Assembly: GCA_025336685.1 (NCBI GenBank)
Contig: GCA_025336685.1_4717.1
From: Escherichia coli
GTDB taxonomy: Bacteria > Pseudomonadota > Gammaproteobacteria > Enterobacterales > Enterobacteriaceae
Direction: 5' to 3' (one strand)
Length of the DNA: 64,000 bases
Every line of letters starts with the position of its first letter. The first letter of the stretch is position 1. Position numbers and translations under genes: made by a program. Below, piece by piece: positions 58,701 through 64,000 of the stretch. The notes under the pieces were generated by a model. That model searched no databases. It saw only the letters and a program-made list of their open reading frames with translations, and was not told where the DNA came from.

Positions 58701-58980
58701 ATTTCGCTCGTGGAAGTTGGAATCGTTGATCGCGTCGAGGTGCGCCTTGTTTGGTTGCGAGATCATCAGCAAACGAAATCCATAGTTGAGCATTTTCTTT
58801 ACTCAGCATGTATTCGTTTTCTGGAGGACCTATCAATGAAGGATCCGTTGCGGTGTAATGATAGACAGCATAACGCGGCAGCTGCAATAGCTGCACTAAA
58901 CGTAATCTTGGTGATAGTAGCTCTTGGTAGCGTCTGACACCGAACTGTCGGTAGTAATCAAGGTATTTAAGTTTTGCCAT
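55771..58980 (-). CDS. RNA polymerase beta-like subunit, N-terminal segment (probable 5' exon), 1069 aa with acidic insertion
   Basis: C-terminus SEGTKDSGDVGISAYLAPNANIVSVYGETKPYDEKTDG aligns with beta region D ([37 protein letters not shown]); contains a D/E-rich insert. Confidence 0.65.
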   Translation of the reverse strand: MAKLKYLDYYRQFGVRRYQELLSPRLRLVQLLQLPRYAVYHYTATDPSLIGPPENEYMLSKENAQLWISFADDLATKQGAPRRDQRFQLPRAKLDYRASHRRFRLVTDLSTVEKNINAQIVANYAHLNHMYIYRPTLTRWYDEWFNVRKTIWSKANEIAQQSDRQHFLLFRLPSTLPKISLMRTTQQAPTRNNLMNFATPEELSFFDFFRWLGTDRENSTMASLDRATLDKLNVVFTDGVYFFTLNLGLLEEWRTGLVKEGEELDKTTLETFQRRWMMAVTRLWSQSANEEEQKQEEEQVLRQERDILTDNPDAEYDDRDVVLPNGEDLATVLDPDELEAELVGGSDEDDDADAWNAVVERTFEDVREVPGVEVQPDFQPDEDQDITDDLFEVVTDDTEEEKVDVFDATTLPKTHGEYIQSLSDAVLVRAGDLADAGQLSGVQYKAAMRNADAIHEIEAPDGSGLTLAEYVEVKPKAAKLAPAKVMPEADVIVDKSLCKSTLAVWDKHYVEHVMQKDIAAAVVAVQQAGYPVTGYKVEDVVDVMGDYQVITIKLAPVGGVPTTFPVMLPKVRKDGIYVVNGIKYRMRKQRVDKPIRKVSSSEVALSTAYGKVFVKRSERVVNNAGRWLTRQLTAMYYDKSSPLTTLKRGNVFDPAVKVPYYFAVLARNYTQIQFADWDIRLDIKTLPEFIGEDRFNEQLAEGLLTFARNTLGEFLAIDERNQLYICQSGQTPTPVGTFPDFFGINAAKMPIEAADLEFMGVRIPVGVVLSYLGGLTPLLEHLKANYRTVPRGSRMGLAPDEFAVSFDDESLIFSKDDRMTTLLLGGFNEYRNYIGYARGAFDNRDIYFNVVDGAGLKVRHLRELELMERLFIDPVSRTLLQNMGEPTDFAMLLLRAVELLLDDWAPNTNDVNYQRFKTYDKFAELVYKDLVSAIRQNENSSQGNRQKISISPVSVWNQILDDSASIVIDETNPMLDIKQGEEATMTGIGGRSKTSLRRARDREYDKSDIGVVSEGTKDSGDVGISAYLAPNANIVSVYGETKPYDEKTDGSSSIMSTSALAVPAADRDD

Positions 58981-58983
58981 GGG

Positions 58984-60672
58984 TTAGGCTCCACGAGGTC
59001 CCGTTAAGTTGCGTAATAGGAACGCAACCGTATCGTAACCAATATCAATGTTGAATTTATTTTTACCACTTACCCAGAAAGCTCGCTTCTTGTGCGAGTT
59101 GGTAATTTCGTCAATGGCTTCCATGGAATAAAGAACGTTAACCGAGACCGTATCACCATCAAAGTCCCCGCCAAGTCCGGCGAGGTATGGGGCAGGGACA
59201 ATAGTCGTTTCTACGAACGAAGCATTAGGTAACCAGTCAGGGTATTCCCATGCGATAAATCGTTCATCCGTTATTGGTTCCCAGTTACTATCCAGTTCGG
59301 TTTTCGGTTTTGCGGCGACGGTTGTACGCGCATAACAGGTTAACGGGATAACGGATTGCATACCCGATACCGGATAACGTGTTACCATTGCAGCCAGGTT
59401 ATTCCAGTACTTATATCCGGCGATGTACACTAATTCGGTATACGTGATGGGGTGAACATCCGCACCAGGTTTATTCAACATTTCTGGGGGTAATTCACTC
59501 ATACCACGGAACAGTCGAAACGAATCATTGTTCACATAGACGAGGCAAAGATAACGTCCATTAACCATGATAGGTTCGTTACGCACGCCTGGATCGCTTA
59601 AGGTGTTCAATAAACGTTCTATTCCGTCCCATGTCGTAAAGTCATCGATGGTGTCTGGATCAAGCGTGACGCGTTCACGTTCCATCGTTTCGGTATCGAT
59701 AAGTTCAACTTCTGTAACATCACGGACAAATATTTCCTGCAAAATCCCCGTACGTAACGCATGTTGCGTCACGGGTAGGGCGGCTTTGCTCATCTGGTAT
59801 AACCCTAACTGAACTGCAGTACAGGAAGGCTGGTTGGGCGATCCTAGTACCTCCGTTGTGGGGTTAATTGCCGAAATAACGTTACGGGTTGAGTTCCAAA
59901 CACGACGTGAGCCGAACTTCCCTTGAAAGATCCCTTTCTTACCTTGGAACATATCCAACAACAAAGCGTAGATATCGTTAAATGTTCTCTGTAAGCTCCA
60001 GCGTTGGCCGTCGTAAACGGGATCGGAATAATCTTTTAATCCATCGGGGACGGTGTTAGAAATTGCAAGGAAACGACGATACAACTCCGTGATTTCTTGC
60101 TCGCTTTCATACCCGCCTTCTTTTACTTCTATTTCACGTAAGCCCGCAGGTAAAACCAGTAAGTGACGGGTCATCGCTTTGAACATGTTCTCTTCGACAA
60201 CTTTAATTCGTAGCTCTCGTTGAGCTGAACCCGTTGAAACGAACTTGATATCCGCGACGTGTTGTGCAAAGAACCCGTACCCTGTCTGTCCTGTTAACGC
60301 ATCAGACGCAACGAAATCGCGTTGTTCAGGATCCCACCGAGCGTACGCCTTCCCCGACATGATATCACCATAGAGGTGTTTTAATCGAATGAGGCGGTCG
60401 TAAATGACAGGATGCAGGATTTCAACTTTGCATTCAATCACCGCAAATCGACGGTCTCGATCTTCACTACCTGCACTACCAAAGATGGTGTAAGAATAGA
60501 AACCATCATCGTGGAAATTACCGGTGCTTGGGTCACGAATGCTCATGCTCGTGATCTTGGGGAGAAAACGTAACTGTTGTTTATCGAGGTGTAAAATACT
60601 AATATTAAACGGCTCTCTGACTTTAGCCATGGAGACACTCCTCTTTACCACCACCGGCTGCGGCGGTATCAT
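58984..60672 (-). CDS. RNA polymerase beta-prime-like subunit fragment with catalytic DFDGD motif
   Basis: GGDFDGDTVSVN matches NADFDGDQMAVH; GKKGIFQGKFGSRRVWNSTRNVISAINP matches [27 protein letters not shown]. No zinc finger in this copy. Confidence 0.75.
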   Translation of the reverse strand: MIPPQPVVVKRSVSMAKVREPFNISILHLDKQQLRFLPKITSMSIRDPSTGNFHDDGFYSYTIFGSAGSEDRDRRFAVIECKVEILHPVIYDRLIRLKHLYGDIMSGKAYARWDPEQRDFVASDALTGQTGYGFFAQHVADIKFVSTGSAQRELRIKVVEENMFKAMTRHLLVLPAGLREIEVKEGGYESEQEITELYRRFLAISNTVPDGLKDYSDPVYDGQRWSLQRTFNDIYALLLDMFQGKKGIFQGKFGSRRVWNSTRNVISAINPTTEVLGSPNQPSCTAVQLGLYQMSKAALPVTQHALRTGILQEIFVRDVTEVELIDTETMERERVTLDPDTIDDFTTWDGIERLLNTLSDPGVRNEPIMVNGRYLCLVYVNNDSFRLFRGMSELPPEMLNKPGADVHPITYTELVYIAGYKYWNNLAAMVTRYPVSGMQSVIPLTCYARTTVAAKPKTELDSNWEPITDERFIAWEYPDWLPNASFVETTIVPAPYLAGLGGDFDGDTVSVNVLYSMEAIDEITNSHKKRAFWVSGKNKFNIDIGYDTVAFLLRNLTGPRGA

Positions 60673-60875
60673 CTGAACACACGAGAGACGTAATGGGTGA
60701 TGGCGTCACCCATCGCTTCCTTGCTTGAGGCGAGGAAGTTATTAGGTTACGTACCTGCCTGATTTTATCAGGTGGGCGATGTGTGAAGTTACGCTTCAAC
60801 ATTATCAATGCCGAAGGTAAACTTCGTGCATCACGTTCCAACGTAACATGGGAACGTATCGAACTGGAGGTATAC

Positions 60876-63479
60876 ATGGTAGATAAAACCCGTGTTGAGG
60901 GTGATGATAATTGGGATAACTGGGATGATGACTTCTCCCTGGATCTCGATTTTAACGAACCCAAAGACGATCGTAAACCGATAACACGCTTTGCGGTAGG
61001 AGCGGTTAAAGGTGCCGCTGAGGATCTTACTTCCTACGAAAGAATGAAGGAGATCGCCAGAAACGCATTGCCTAAGGGCTATAGCGACGGTATGGATCTT
61101 ATCGATTCCGCCGTCGGATCCACGAAGGAACTATACAATGAAGCCGTTCGTGATGTTCTTCCTAAGGTCCAAAGCTCAAAACGGTTAGCTGCACAACTGA
61201 CCAAGAAATACCGTGCGAGCATGCCCGATTTCTCGAAGAAAATTCTTGAGCAATGGGAGCGAGAAGCCAAGGAAGAAGACGAACGTAAACAAGCTGAAGA
61301 AACCCTTCGTCAACGCATGGCGAGCGCGGGGGACGATGAGGTCGCCCGCAAGGTTGCCGAGGCGTTAGGTGAATCAGCAAACCAAAGCGCGGATCAGTTT
61401 GCCGAGCAGCAAGCAAAAGAAAGTATCCGTGACGATATCGCTGACAAACGGTACGCTGTAACCAACAAACAAATGAGTGCGATGCAAGAAGGCGTCGCCA
61501 AGATGGTTGGTTTCAACAATGAATTCGCTGCGCGCTACATGCGTAAAAGCCTGGAACTGAAATATCGTTCCTTAGCGATTCAACGCGCAAGTTTCGATCA
61601 GCATAAAAAGTTAGCCGAAGTCTATATCGGTTTATTACAAAACATCCAGAAGAATACGGCTTTACCTGATGCGGCTAAAGCAAAAATGTCGGAAGAATTC
61701 CGCCGTAGCGCGTACCAACGTTTCTTTGGTAATGCGTTAGATGCGATGAGTTCTTTCGAGAACCGTTTCTTTGCCGATGTTAAGAAAAACCTTGCCACCA
61801 ACGCATTAGGTGCTTTAAAAGGCGTCGTGTCTGGCGCAAACGATGCGTTATACGGTTTAAACGAAGCACGTGACTCGATGTCCATGATGGATGGGATGGG
61901 GTCAGAAGGCGATATTAAGGAAATGCAAGGAAAGATGTTGGGTCAGTTCATTGGCTCAACTGTCGCACCATGGATGGCTAATAAAGGCAGGATGGCGTTA
62001 CGCGATTTAGCAAAACGTCACCCCAATGCTAAATTCGCTAGCGCGTTAAAAGCCGTGGATCAAGGTGGTGAAGCAGCCGCTTACACAACGCGCAATATCG
62101 GTAAACTGCTCCAGGAAGATATTCGTAAGAACGAATTCAATCTTAGCGATCCGTTTTACAAGCAATTGTTACGCGGCGCAGGGCGTTGGGCGTTCAACAT
62201 GGACAGCGGACGTAACTTCCGCGTGATGAACGACTCCGCTGAAACATTGGCTGAGCAAACGTCTTTCGACGGTTTAACCTACCGCAGCATCAACGAGGTT
62301 ATTCCCGGCTTTCTTGCGCGCATTCTGAAAAGCAGTGAGGGTATCCGCACTGGAAACAGCGATCCTGACTACGAGGTCTATGACGGCATCAGCGGGCAAT
62401 TCGTGTCTCAGCGCACGCGTGAACAAAGCGTCAACGACACGCTGTTTAACAAACGTTCGTTTGGTTATTACGCAAGCCGTTTCAATGAGGTTATCTCGGT
62501 CATCGATCCCGATAAACAATTATCGGAAAAAGCCAGAAAGGCGCTGGCTAAGCAGTTGGCACGAGATAGCGACGCAAATATCGCATTCGACCCGGCCCGT
62601 TTTACGGATGAAAGCAACTTCGATCGTAGTATTGACCGCGACGCTATTAAGGAACTTTCCACGTACTTTCGTGATCGTTACGGTATTCGTGACGATATCA
62701 ACGATAAGGGCGAACGTCATCAGGTCGTTGGAAACCGCGGGCAATATTACACGGAACGTAACCGAGCCGATCTTCGTTACGGAAATCTGAAATCTTTACA
62801 ACCGGATATCCAGCGTAACCTTAACCTGCTGAAACGTACTGGTGACGTCCAATATCTGGAACGGATTGGGATTGTAACGAGAAATAGCGACGGAAGCTAC
62901 TCGGTTAATCACGATCGGTATTTCTCTGAAATTGATCAATACATCGACCGACCGGAGTACGCCGAACGTAATGATGTTAATACGCGATTAACCGCTCAGG
63001 AAACAAGAGCGCTGGCGCTGGGTTATCGTGACGCAAAACCATCAGTTGATGACGTGCAAAATGCGGGTCTGCCGAACATCGATCGTAAGGCTGTTGGAAC
63101 AGTAACCGTTGATGAAAACATCGGCTACGATAAATGGTGGAACGACACGGGTGTTATCACCACATCGCTTGAAGAACAGAATCGAGCGTGGCAAGAGCTT
63201 TATCTCGAGGCCTTGTCTGAAGCATCCGAACAACGTGTTGAAATGCTTGCGTTACTGAAAGCCATTTCTGAGAAAGACTGGTCTAATAACGTTTCACTGG
63301 ATGGCGAAGATGTACCTGAAGGTACGGCACCCATTTCATTTATCGATCGTGCCAAACAAAAACTCGGCGCACGCAACCTCTTTAAAGGCGGTCGTAATCT
63401 CCTCTGGAAAGGAATTAAAAATACCGCACGGTTGGGTGTTAAAGGTGCACGCTGGGAGTGCAGAACACACACTAGGTAG
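60876..63479 (+). CDS. hypothetical large protein (about 868 aa), coiled-coil / charged-rich
   Basis: Listed ORF begins at 60783, but the in-frame ATG at 60876 has a GGAGG RBS (ggaggtatacATG); long K/E/A/R-rich helical-looking regions; no catalytic motif. Confidence 0.5.
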   Translation: MVDKTRVEGDDNWDNWDDDFSLDLDFNEPKDDRKPITRFAVGAVKGAAEDLTSYERMKEIARNALPKGYSDGMDLIDSAVGSTKELYNEAVRDVLPKVQSSKRLAAQLTKKYRASMPDFSKKILEQWEREAKEEDERKQAEETLRQRMASAGDDEVARKVAEALGESANQSADQFAEQQAKESIRDDIADKRYAVTNKQMSAMQEGVAKMVGFNNEFAARYMRKSLELKYRSLAIQRASFDQHKKLAEVYIGLLQNIQKNTALPDAAKAKMSEEFRRSAYQRFFGNALDAMSSFENRFFADVKKNLATNALGALKGVVSGANDALYGLNEARDSMSMMDGMGSEGDIKEMQGKMLGQFIGSTVAPWMANKGRMALRDLAKRHPNAKFASALKAVDQGGEAAAYTTRNIGKLLQEDIRKNEFNLSDPFYKQLLRGAGRWAFNMDSGRNFRVMNDSAETLAEQTSFDGLTYRSINEVIPGFLARILKSSEGIRTGNSDPDYEVYDGISGQFVSQRTREQSVNDTLFNKRSFGYYASRFNEVISVIDPDKQLSEKARKALAKQLARDSDANIAFDPARFTDESNFDRSIDRDAIKELSTYFRDRYGIRDDINDKGERHQVVGNRGQYYTERNRADLRYGNLKSLQPDIQRNLNLLKRTGDVQYLERIGIVTRNSDGSYSVNHDRYFSEIDQYIDRPEYAERNDVNTRLTAQETRALALGYRDAKPSVDDVQNAGLPNIDRKAVGTVTVDENIGYDKWWNDTGVITTSLEEQNRAWQELYLEALSEASEQRVEMLALLKAISEKDWSNNVSLDGEDVPEGTAPISFIDRAKQKLGARNLFKGGRNLLWKGIKNTARLGVKGARWECRTHTR

Positions 63480-64000
63480 TTTGGTAAATTCCGGTCGACG
63501 CATTATCAACTTCAACCGATTCGTGTTCGGCGCATTATCCAAGGTTGATCAAGTTCCGTTTGACATTTATGTTAAAAGTCAATACGCATACTGGCTGCCA
63601 AACTTCGTCGGTTATACTTCGACGAAGCGACAGGAAAAACCATAAAACGAATGAAGGATATCAAAGGCCCACTCGTTGATGCTGATGGAAACATCGTAAT
63701 CAGCAGCAACGAGGATATCGAGAAAAGGGTTGGTCACTCGCGCCGGTCGTGCCTTTGAAATTCAGGACTTAAAGCGTGGGCACATGAAGGTCTTAATGGA
63801 ATCACGACAGTCTTATTCTGCCACGGATGTTAAAACGCGGTGCGGTTGAGATCTACAAACAGCTCGACAAAACGCCCGACGTTTACGTCAAGGGAGAATC
63901 AACACCTCGTCTATTATCCATGGTGTTAGCGGCAGGTGGGTATTTCCGTCGCTCCGACGGACAAACCGTCAAAAATCTTGAAGACATCGATGGTGATGTT

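Noticed and set aside
1-64000. CRISPR arrays, rRNA, integrase or transposase genes
   Set aside because: No regularly spaced direct repeats, no rRNA-like conserved segments and no recombinase motifs were seen; the only mobile elements supported are the intron and HNH insertions.

Overview
This window looks like a gene-dense segment of a phiKZ-like, nucleus-forming jumbo phage (Chimalliviridae-like), probably infecting an enterobacterial host. About 80% of genes are on the minus strand, packed into operons separated by short intergenic regions. The most notable content is: (1) at least six fragments of split multisubunit RNA polymerase beta / beta-prime genes, belonging to two polymerase sets; (2) a group I intron carrying an HNH homing endonuclease inserted exactly in the beta-prime catalytic NADFDGD motif, with a splice junction that can be read directly from the sequence, plus a second intron-like HNH insertion in the beta-like gene; (3) a PhuZ-type phage tubulin and a 631-aa candidate nuclear-shell protein (chimallin); (4) a structural block with large terminase, tail sheath and tail tube; (5) five copies of a conserved minus-strand promoter motif (TATATTAC core with an extended consensus) and a family of GC-rich CCCTCCC/GGGAGGG hairpins at gene ends. 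No rRNA, tRNA or CRISPR array was found. Many ORFs have no recognisable motif and are called hypothetical. All calls are from reading the sequence and translations; no database search was run.
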